IMG/VR virus record: IMGVR_UViG_3300017971_000066
Coordinates: 1-52,866 of that record
DNA from: a virus
Taxonomy: Duplodnaviria > Caudoviricetes
Length of the DNA: 52,866 nt
Direction: 5' to 3' (one strand)
Below the pieces are notes generated by a model. The model did no database searches. It worked only from the letters and a program-made list of their open reading frames with translations, and was not told where the DNA came from. The position numbers and the translations under genes were made by a program. Positions 45,373-52,866 of the stretch are shown here, piece by piece (the stretch's first letter is position 1; every line of letters begins with the position of its first letter).

Positions 45373-45799
45373 GATTAACTTCGTGTGGTTCAGAGCCAAA
45401 TATCATTAAGGTAGGATCGATCTTTGCGCCATCGACTTCACAATCGATATGCACATGGTCGATCATGCCGGGGTAAACCTCATTAATACCCTGAGAAACC
45501 CCAATAGGCTGCCCAGTAAAGACAGATTGGCCAGCTTCCACAAGCGGATCCATATACAAGTAGCGCCATATTTTTCCCTTATCATCTTTGATCTCTACCA
45601 GGCGGTAGTGTTTCCGCTCTTCGTTATCCTGACTATACGGGAAACCAATGCGTGTGACCTTGCCGCCAACGACGCAACGGATCGTGCTGCCTTTATAGCA
45701 GGCCACATCGACGCCATCATGAAGCCGTCCGCCGCGAGAAGCACCGAAGTGCCCGCAGCCCCACTTGTCGCAGCCGCGTAATGGCGGGTAAATGTCCAT
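45365..45799 (-). CDS. M23-family metallopeptidase, LECT2-like; candidate endolysin (144 aa)
   Basis: HxxxD (HDGVD) and HxH (HVH) zinc motifs plus C-terminal IDP. Confidence 0.85.
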   Translation of the reverse strand: MDIYPPLRGCDKWGCGHFGASRGGRLHDGVDVACYKGSTIRCVVGGKVTRIGFPYSQDNEERKHYRLVEIKDDKGKIWRYLYMDPLVEAGQSVFTGQPIGVSQGINEVYPGMIDHVHIDCEVDGAKIDPTLMIFGSEPHEVNLI

Positions 45800-45807
45800 G
45801 TTATAAT
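45799..45807 (+). promoter_or_regulatory. Extended -10 promoter TGnTATAAT
   Basis: TG-T-TATAAT with an ATG 7 nt downstream. Confidence 0.6.
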
Positions 45808-45814
45808 TCCCCTT

Positions 45815-45898
45815 ATGGATATTTTGTTCTTATGGCTGTGCTTTGTAGGTATTGCCGGGCTGATCGCAGCCGTCTGGGATTACCTGTCAAATCACTGA
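45815..45898 (+). CDS. Antisense hydrophobic micro-protein (27 aa), probably leaderless
   Basis: MDILFLWLCFVGIAGLIAAVWDYLSNH; fills the gap between two minus-strand genes. Confidence 0.55.
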   Translation: MDILFLWLCFVGIAGLIAAVWDYLSNH

Positions 45899-48800
45899 TA
45901 CATTACCTCGCGATATGTTTCCATATACCGGTCCATGATCTTCAGCTCCTGCTCTTCAATTCGTCTGACCAGATCGTCGCGGTCCTTCTTGATGGCATTC
46001 TTCTTCTGTTTTTTCAGTTTGTTCAGCTGACTCTTGGTGAGCTTGTTTGTCCCGAATAGTTTGCGACGCTGCTTGATGTCGTCAAAAATCTTTCTGACCT
46101 GCGTATTATCGCCTTCGCTCTTGGCCCGGTTCACAGCTGCCTTCACATCCTCGATCTCGTAGAAGGCATCATAGAATGAGCGCTTGCGATCAGAAGGACC
46201 GACCTCGCCGATAACTTTCCTGGCAATAGGAATGTCGCGCCATTCCATTTCTGGACCTTGAGTTGCTGCGTTATATATAAACCTGCCACTATCCACAGCA
46301 ACGCGACCAGCAGCACCGGTCAATGTATCTGCAATCATGTCCACCCACTCAGGCGACCAGTCGATCAGTGACTTCTGGGTACCAGGGTTCTTGGTGATTT
46401 CTGCCAGCCATTTAGTGAAGGTCTTATATTCCTCTGGAACATTCTGATAGAACTTCGTGTGATCTGGCTGGCTCTTGTTGTAGTCCGGGTAAAGCGGTCC
46501 GCCGTGCCAGTCTTTGTTCTCTGATATCTTAGTAATCGGATCCGCGATGGTTGGCGTCAGAGTTTGCAGGAATGAGCCATCCTGTATCGGGTTAAAGGCT
46601 TGCAGCGAAGCAGAGAAAACTCTACCAGCAGATTCTGCTACAGAGTATCCATCAATGTTACCGCGTGCGGCATCAGTTGCCTTACCGATCTCCTGACCCA
46701 GAACATGGAATATATTGTAGCCCCATGGCAGTGGTATCTTGGCATAGCCATCGTCAAAGGTACCGGTTGGATCCATGATGATCAGGTTACGCTCTTTCAC
46801 ATGGTCTGGGATCTTGTCGTATTTTGACTCTTCGTCATCATCATCCTGACCCAGAGCCCTGTTTAGCATGTCCAGCGCTGTCGCAAAGCCTACGGTAGCG
46901 AGCAACATACCGCGCAGCTTCCAGTTGCCCTTGGCGAAAATAGCCCGCAGCATGCGCACAGTGCCCTGTATGGATGCGTTATAGAACAGGTAGGCAGAGT
47001 TAAGGACCATGCCCCATTCGCCTTTCCTGTTGAAGTCCACGGTGATCTCTTTAGAAATCCTGGCGGCTTCTTTGGCGCTTAGTCCATGCTCCTTGGCAGA
47101 GATAAAGGTCGATAGCCTGATACCGTTTTCTACAATCGTGTTGTAGTCCTCGATCCACTTGAGCATATCGAAGAATTGTTTCGCGCCAGGCTTCGTGCGA
47201 CGACGCAGATTCGATTCAATGCTCTTCATTAGTGAATCGATATCTTCATGGCTCTGCAGCCAGCCCGTCATGCCGCCAAGTTTTCGGAACTCCCTGAAGT
47301 CATCGGCATACTCAGCGGTTCCGTCACCACGCAGCACGCTACGAATAGCTCGCAGCGCCTTTGGCGCTCTGGCCATGGTGGTCAGCTCCATGTTATTTAC
47401 GTCTGTGTCCGTCAGGTTATATCCAGCGGTCTGCACATCACGGAAGAAGTTTGATATAACGAATTCCGGAGAAAGACTGGTATTGATTGCCGACAGGTAT
47501 CTATTGATCATCATCAGGAAGTTAATCAGTCGATTGCCCTGATCCATGTTCAGATTCTTCATGGCAGTGGCGATGCGTTCGGCATGCTCATTGTCGCTCT
47601 TGAACCAGATGTACTGATTCACGCCGTTGAATTTAACAGCCATCAACTGGTCATCAAGCATATTCTCGCGGCGCTTGGCCACTCCCAGTTTATCGAGATA
47701 AATATCTTCCGGCTTATCAACAACTGACCACATATTGTCATCAGGATTTTCGACCACGAAACGATACATATCCTGAGCAATCTTGTTCTTTTGGCCACGG
47801 ACGATACCAGCCTGCGCATTACCCACCAGATGCGCGATCATATTTTTATAGTCCACAGTCTTTTCAGAGCCGCCCCTGATCTTGCTTGGTTTTCCGCGCA
47901 TATCGAAACCGCGACCCCTGCCTGGCATATCACCAGCAACATCTTTACGGTTCAATGGAACGTAGTATCTGTAGTTTTGACGCCATGCCATTGCTTCTTC
48001 TTCAGTCAGCAGCTCATCGGCTACCAGTTGGTTGACGTGCCTATTGCTGACCTCATCGACAATCTCAGCAACACGGCGCAGCTTGTTGTTGTTGCCATAG
48101 CGTATCAGGATCCCTGCAGCTTCTTCGTTTGACATACCGGACAGCGCCTTGTTCGGACGGTCGGTAACCTCCATAGCCTCGATGTCAGCCAATAGCCTGG
48201 TAAGTCTTGCGTGTTCGCCTTCCAGATTAGCCATCTGCGGAGATCTTGCGGTAGCGCCGGCCTCGCGCAGCTGGGCCATATCAGCCTCTACAACTGATAT
48301 TTCCTCGGTAGTCTGCGCGATGCGTTCGTCTTTTTCCTGCTGGGTAGGGTTCCTGAAGCGCAGCACTTCATTGGCCTCTTCAGCATGTCTGGCGTGTAGG
48401 TATTTTCCTACATCCTCGAACGACATCCCGGTAGCCTTGATTGCGTCCGCCAGTGGTTCAACGTATGCCTGCTCGAAATCCTCGATAACCGCACGGGTTG
48501 CGCCAGGGTAAAGCGTGACAGTGCGCTCGACATCTACGGTATCAGGATTTGCCTCTTTGGCGGCCTCCTGAACCTTGCTCAATGCATGGAATCGATTGTA
48601 GAAAAGCGTCTTCAGCTTGTCGCCAGTGGTGAACGTATCATCGAAGCCGGTTTGCTCTGTGCTGTAATTGGAAGACTCTTCTTCAACGGTGTAGGATTTT
48701 TCACGGACGGTGTATTTCTTCTCGGCGCCCTTCATGACCAGCGAGAATGGAGAAGTCCACTGGTCAGCCATCAGCGCATCAATGACCACGCCATTTTTCA

Positions 48801-51306
48801 CAGCGGCTTGGGCGAGTGACTCAAGTGCAGTAGGAACATTGACCAAGAACATTTCACCCGCACCAGTCTGCCTGGAAAAAGCTCTCGCCTCGGCCAGCAG
48901 TTTACGGCGCTTGCGCATCTTGTTCTGCTCTGCATACAGATCCATAGCTGGGATAGATAGAATGCCGGCCACACCATTACGGTTGATGCTGACCAGCTGC
49001 ATCTGACCTTTATGGTTATCACGCAGCTCTTTGGCGAAGGCCGCCAGTGTATCTGGGCTGTTGATCGTATAACCCAGCAGCGGGTGATCCTTGGTTGGGT
49101 TCTTGCCGACTTCGTAGGAGTCTTTCGGAATGCGCTTGCTGATTACACTCTTGGTGCCATTCTCATCAATGAATCCGTAGGTGTTGCCATTGATAATGAC
49201 ATGGCCTTTGAATCCTTTGAGCTCAGTCTGGAAGACGCCAGTGATTCCGATATCAGCAGAAGACGCGTCCGGATTTCCGGATGGGTGATTGTGCTGCATC
49301 CAGAAACCGTCAGCTTCCAGCGTTTTCATTTGGGCCCGGATATCAGCTAATACCTGCTCTTTGTGTTCTTTGTTATTGAAGATCTGCACAACACCTGGCA
49401 TGCGCGATGTCAAGCCGGTCTGACCTACGATCTGATCGCCCTTGGTGTAGAATACTCGGAATGTTTCGACAGATGGGTTGCGGTATATTTCCGCCAGATC
49501 CGCCAGCTCTTGGTGATTCCTTACGACTTGTCCGGTGAGCTTGGTGGTTCCCCGGTCTTTGAAGTCGGCAGCAATTTGATTGGCGAGTATGGTACCCGAT
49601 CTCGCACTCCATAGAGAAACCAGTCCTTCGGCTTGCTGTCTGGCACGATTGTCAGCGTCGGTTTGTTTTTCAGGGTCAACTTCATACTTGAACTCAGACT
49701 CTACAGTTTCGCGGACCTTTCCTTCCGTTCCTTCTGCATCAACCTGGCTCTCTTCATAAGTTTCCGCAGCTCTGCTTTCTCGCTTGGAGTCCAGTCTGGA
49801 CTGAAGTGCCTGTAATAGTCCATCGATTTGTTCTGCTTCGGCATTTGATAGTTTCTCCTGTGAGTCCAGCCTTCTAATCACGTCGTTGATGTCACGCTTA
49901 ACACCCTCGGCGCCAGTGAAGTGACCATTGAAAGTTATCTGCCCACTAAAACAACCTATACCCCTGCCTTTATCACATTTCAAGCAGTTCCAGCGTTTCT
50001 TTTGACCGGAGTCAACAGGACAGACTTTATCTTTTACAATTATCGGGATGTCTTCAATGACTTCATTGGAGGCACCAAAATTCTTGTCGCCATAAACTGG
50101 CAGCACAACCTGCACCCGTTCAGGCTGATCATGCATCAACTTTTCTTCACGACCACCATTCAGGTTAATAGCCAGCGGCAGATCATTGCCAGCTGCCAGG
50201 TCAACATTACTGTCATCGATAGATAACAGTCTGGTGTTGCGAGCATCCACTTTCTGAAGGAATTCAGGTTTCTTCGAGAACACATGGGTCCGGATATTTT
50301 TCCGGTTCAGCTGGGTGATCATTTCTTGGTGAGCGTCTGTGCCGTCACCGATATCGAACATGCGCAGTGCTGTTGTTTTCCATGCAGCCCCGACGCCATC
50401 TTCTGAAGATTTGAATTCTTCAGCTGCCATGTTGGCGGCACGCACGGGATCGCGCTGCGTCATCAGATCGACCAGCTCGGCCTTGGCCTTGGAAGCTGGC
50501 CAGATGTGACGACCAGCTGTTGCATAACAGAATTTCGCACAGGCCTTGGATGGATCGCAGTTCTGCAAGGAGGAATTCACTGTGAATTGTGGTTTGCCAG
50601 CCTTGCCTAGAATCTTGTTTTTTTCCAGATAACGCCAGCCGCCTTCCCAGCCGTGCTGCTCAAGCATGTTTGCCAGCGTTTTATTCAGAGACTTGGCGTC
50701 TTCGGCTTTGATCTTGCCTTCAGCGACATCGATGATCTCCATGCGGTAGATCAGGCTGCGCTTTACTTCGCGTGCCCATGGGGTGGTTCTGTGAGCCTTG
50801 AGTCTTTCCTTTAGTTCCGGGCTGGCAGCCTTTGCCCAGTGGCGTTTTTCCACACGGCTATCCACATGCTGGGTGGTTACGGAAGCCTCGTAGCCTGTTT
50901 TACTTTCCTCTACGGTCATCAGGTCCAGATCACGGGCCTGCTTGTCGATAAACTCTTCAGTCAGCCTGGTAGACTCTGGTACCTGAATCTGATATTCAGA
51001 GCCTAGATCCTTGATGGTGCCATCAAACAGATCATCTGCAGTGACCACCTCGTCCTCGACAGGCGCTGCCTCAGTCACTTCAGGCATCACCATATCTTCA
51101 ATGACGCCGCCTTTATCACGAATCCTTCCCGCCAAGGTGTTGAAGTCCTCGACTGCCTGCACGATGGTATCATCAATCGCTCGCATGCCAGCCTCTGTCC
51201 GCGTCAGCCCGTCCTGCTGATATTCCTCGGCAAGAGACTGGATCTGCTCCTTGTATTCAGGTTTCAGATCTTTCGCTTTCTTCAGGCACTGGTTGAGCGT
51301 ACTCAT
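45892..51306 (-). CDS. Large polyvalent protein (1804 aa): Gp88-like Cys-rich domain, JAB/RadC domain, LPD38-like C-terminus
   Basis: CDPSKACAKFCYA, RMFDIGD and CP..C..C..C at ~49945-50600; HNHPSGNPDASSAD at ~49250-49295; C-terminal 'ITVDFNRKG...YLFYNASIQG...KIPLPWGYNIF...ENKDWHGGPLYP'. Confidence 0.82.
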   Translation of the reverse strand: MSTLNQCLKKAKDLKPEYKEQIQSLAEEYQQDGLTRTEAGMRAIDDTIVQAVEDFNTLAGRIRDKGGVIEDMVMPEVTEAAPVEDEVVTADDLFDGTIKDLGSEYQIQVPESTRLTEEFIDKQARDLDLMTVEESKTGYEASVTTQHVDSRVEKRHWAKAASPELKERLKAHRTTPWAREVKRSLIYRMEIIDVAEGKIKAEDAKSLNKTLANMLEQHGWEGGWRYLEKNKILGKAGKPQFTVNSSLQNCDPSKACAKFCYATAGRHIWPASKAKAELVDLMTQRDPVRAANMAAEEFKSSEDGVGAAWKTTALRMFDIGDGTDAHQEMITQLNRKNIRTHVFSKKPEFLQKVDARNTRLLSIDDSNVDLAAGNDLPLAINLNGGREEKLMHDQPERVQVVLPVYGDKNFGASNEVIEDIPIIVKDKVCPVDSGQKKRWNCLKCDKGRGIGCFSGQITFNGHFTGAEGVKRDINDVIRRLDSQEKLSNAEAEQIDGLLQALQSRLDSKRESRAAETYEESQVDAEGTEGKVRETVESEFKYEVDPEKQTDADNRARQQAEGLVSLWSARSGTILANQIAADFKDRGTTKLTGQVVRNHQELADLAEIYRNPSVETFRVFYTKGDQIVGQTGLTSRMPGVVQIFNNKEHKEQVLADIRAQMKTLEADGFWMQHNHPSGNPDASSADIGITGVFQTELKGFKGHVIINGNTYGFIDENGTKSVISKRIPKDSYEVGKNPTKDHPLLGYTINSPDTLAAFAKELRDNHKGQMQLVSINRNGVAGILSIPAMDLYAEQNKMRKRRKLLAEARAFSRQTGAGEMFLVNVPTALESLAQAAVKNGVVIDALMADQWTSPFSLVMKGAEKKYTVREKSYTVEEESSNYSTEQTGFDDTFTTGDKLKTLFYNRFHALSKVQEAAKEANPDTVDVERTVTLYPGATRAVIEDFEQAYVEPLADAIKATGMSFEDVGKYLHARHAEEANEVLRFRNPTQQEKDERIAQTTEEISVVEADMAQLREAGATARSPQMANLEGEHARLTRLLADIEAMEVTDRPNKALSGMSNEEAAGILIRYGNNNKLRRVAEIVDEVSNRHVNQLVADELLTEEEAMAWRQNYRYYVPLNRKDVAGDMPGRGRGFDMRGKPSKIRGGSEKTVDYKNMIAHLVGNAQAGIVRGQKNKIAQDMYRFVVENPDDNMWSVVDKPEDIYLDKLGVAKRRENMLDDQLMAVKFNGVNQYIWFKSDNEHAERIATAMKNLNMDQGNRLINFLMMINRYLSAINTSLSPEFVISNFFRDVQTAGYNLTDTDVNNMELTTMARAPKALRAIRSVLRGDGTAEYADDFREFRKLGGMTGWLQSHEDIDSLMKSIESNLRRRTKPGAKQFFDMLKWIEDYNTIVENGIRLSTFISAKEHGLSAKEAARISKEITVDFNRKGEWGMVLNSAYLFYNASIQGTVRMLRAIFAKGNWKLRGMLLATVGFATALDMLNRALGQDDDDEESKYDKIPDHVKERNLIIMDPTGTFDDGYAKIPLPWGYNIFHVLGQEIGKATDAARGNIDGYSVAESAGRVFSASLQAFNPIQDGSFLQTLTPTIADPITKISENKDWHGGPLYPDYNKSQPDHTKFYQNVPEEYKTFTKWLAEITKNPGTQKSLIDWSPEWVDMIADTLTGAAGRVAVDSGRFIYNAATQGPEMEWRDIPIARKVIGEVGPSDRKRSFYDAFYEIEDVKAAVNRAKSEGDNTQVRKIFDDIKQRRKLFGTNKLTKSQLNKLKKQKKNAIKKDRDDLVRRIEEQELKIMDRYMETYREVMYQ

Positions 51307-51653
51307 TGAATAATCCTCGTTTGTATTGCTGCTGCAATGATAGACAATAATTCGTCGTCTTCACGCATTAGTTGTTCTTTTCTGAGTGCTTCGTCAGTGA
51401 TTGGATAGTATTCACGATGAACGAATGGGAATCGGCGCCCACCATGTCTGGCCTCGATGACTTCTTCTACTGGAATATCACCACAGCCTACCCAGCCATT
51501 GGTGTAATATTCGGTTACGCAGGGCAGACCCCACGCCCAGTTGACTGCGCCATGACCAACACCAGCGCCTGGTGGCGGCTCTACCGGTGTCGTCGCTTCT
51601 GGGACATTCGGCCCGTAGGCTAGGGCACCGTAGCCTAAGTAACCGAATGCCAT
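51303..51653 (-). CDS. Hypothetical protein (116 aa)
   Basis: Coupled to the 1804-aa gene; ends 'REDDELLSIIAAAI'. Confidence 0.7.
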   Translation of the reverse strand: MAFGYLGYGALAYGPNVPEATTPVEPPPGAGVGHGAVNWAWGLPCVTEYYTNGWVGCGDIPVEEVIEARHGGRRFPFVHREYYPITDEALRKEQLMREDDELLSIIAAAIQTRIIQ

Positions 51654-51657
51654 CTAT

Positions 51658-51954
51658 TTAGATATCGTCGCCGTCAGTACCAGGGTTTAGCAACCCTTGA
51701 GCATCTGCATCGATATAGCACAGATTCAGTACACCGCGAACAGCCGTCTTCATTGCATCCGGGATCTCGTCGCCAGGCACAACACGGTATCCGTTTTCCT
51801 GATTTTCAGGAAGATTCATTACGCGATAGCTCATCTGACTTTCTGCAAGATTAATCGAGCCGCTTTGGGTGAACGCGAGATCGACGGAAATCTTGGTGAT
51901 TACCTGCTTAGTAATTGTTTGCTCTGTTACCGGAGCGCTTAGTGTTCTTGCCAT
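51658..51954 (-). CDS. Hypothetical protein (98 aa)
   Basis: AGGAG RBS; follows the fibre gene. Confidence 0.7.
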   Translation of the reverse strand: MARTLSAPVTEQTITKQVITKISVDLAFTQSGSINLAESQMSYRVMNLPENQENGYRVVPGDEIPDAMKTAVRGVLNLCYIDADAQGLLNPGTDGDDI

Positions 51955-51988
51955 TTTATTCTCCTATTAGTGAATAGTTTCATTGGAA

Positions 51989-52866
51989 TTACAACTCGTA
52001 TTGGATGTTAATTGCGCCAGCGTCAAAGGTATCTGTGCCGTTGACCGTGGTAATTCTAACGATATCAATAGCGCCAGATAACCCACTGTGGCCACCTGCT
52101 GTCTGGTGGAATTTAGTATTACCGTTTCCAAGCATACCGGTACAGGTCCAGACATGGTTGGTGCCATCTTCCAAACATAGCTCAAAATGCCCTGAATGAG
52201 TATCACCTGCATTATTTATATAAACATTAAAGCCCGCTGTAGATGAAGCAGTCGCCAGTGTAGTAGCACCAAAAATAATGGAACTTGCTGTATATCCGCT
52301 GGTTTGCGGCGTACTTGATGTGCCGACCTGTAAAAGGAGATCGCTTGTTCCACTGGTAGAAACGCCTGAAAACATGACCTTTATGCACTTAACGTTTGCT
52401 GGAATAGTGAAGTCTATAGATGTTCCTGATGTTGAAGCCTGCTCTGTGCCTAATGTAATTAGGCCATTACCAGCAGTAATAGCATCATCCACATACTTCT
52501 TATTTGGGATGTCATCATCAGCAGTAACTAAGTTTTCATAGTTAGTAACCGCACTAACATTCAATGTGCCATCTGTTTCAATGGCGAAACCACTCATCTG
52601 ATGCTTAATGCCTGAAGTCGGTATATAAACACCCCATGAAGTTCCGGGCAGCGTACCTTGGTAATCACCGTAGAAAAGAATAGCATTGCCAATAGCCGTT
52701 GTGGGAGAAGTAGTACGGTCGTTATCGATACGAGAAAGAACGCCATAAGCAGTGCTAATATTTCCAGCACCTTCATCTATTTCGACTTCAGAGTATGTAC
52801 CATACGCATTTGCAGTCGTACCTGTGGCTGCTGACTGTTTAAGAACTTTATTGTAAGAACCATTAG
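51989..52866 (-). CDS. Long tail fibre, 3' part (continuation of 1..2683)
   Basis: Open frame from the window end to the stop at 51989; C-terminal domain 'STSGTSIDFTIP...FDAGAINIQYE'. Confidence 0.9.
   Translation of the reverse strand, partial: NGSYNKVLKQSAATGTTANAYGTYSEVEIDEGAGNISTAYGVLSRIDNDRTTSPTTAIGNAILFYGDYQGTLPGTSWGVYIPTSGIKHQMSGFAIETDGTLNVSAVTNYENLVTADDDIPNKKYVDDAITAGNGLITLGTEQASTSGTSIDFTIPANVKCIKVMFSGVSTSGTSDLLLQVGTSSTPQTSGYTASSIIFGATTLATASSTAGFNVYINNAGDTHSGHFELCLEDGTNHVWTCTGMLGNGNTKFHQTAGGHSGLSGAIDIVRITTVNGTDTFDAGAINIQYEL
52744..52866. repeat. Terminal direct repeat, copy 2
   Basis: Identical to 1-123. Confidence 0.97.

Noticed and set aside
52744-52866. Biological terminal repeat of the virion DNA
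   Set aside because: It falls mid-gene and is most simply an assembler overlap of a circular or permuted genome; it does not define physical ends.

Overview
The window is an apparently complete, circularly assembled genome of a tailed dsDNA phage with podovirus-like architecture. The unit length is 52,743 bp, because bases 1-123 are repeated exactly at 52744-52866. The host is probably a gammaproteobacterium, inferred from the SSB sequence and sigma70-type promoters. Layout: (i) a long leftward late region from ~31.6 kb through the contig join to 45.4 kb, containing terminases, portal, scaffold, major capsid, adaptor/nozzle, fibres, membrane/lysis genes, ejection-type proteins, a ~10.6 kb cassette of beta-rich structural genes, a 1804-aa polyvalent protein and an M23 peptidase; (ii) a leftward replication/nin-like region (40.5-33.4 kb) with a Cro-like HTH, truncated DUF1376 initiator plus candidate origin, helicase, primase, nucleases and a Q-like regulator; (iii) a rightward recombination region (40.6-45.4 kb) with ERF, lambda-type exonuclease and SSB; (iv) a small rightward operon (31.8-33.4 kb) with its own promoter and operator. 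I found no integrase, CI-type repressor, DNA/RNA polymerase, tRNA, CRISPR array or reverse transcriptase. Highlights: a complete type II hammerhead ribozyme with pseudoknot at 32354-32411; two giant probable ejected proteins carrying enzyme domains (a C5 cytosine methyltransferase in one; a Gp88-like Cys-rich domain, a JAB/RadC domain and an LPD38-like domain in the other); a 1145-aa fibre gene split by the contig join and mostly missed by the ORF track; a LECT2-like M23 peptidase; a leaderless antisense membrane micro-protein; and several structured intergenic RNA candidates. All family assignments are from motif recognition by eye, not database searches.
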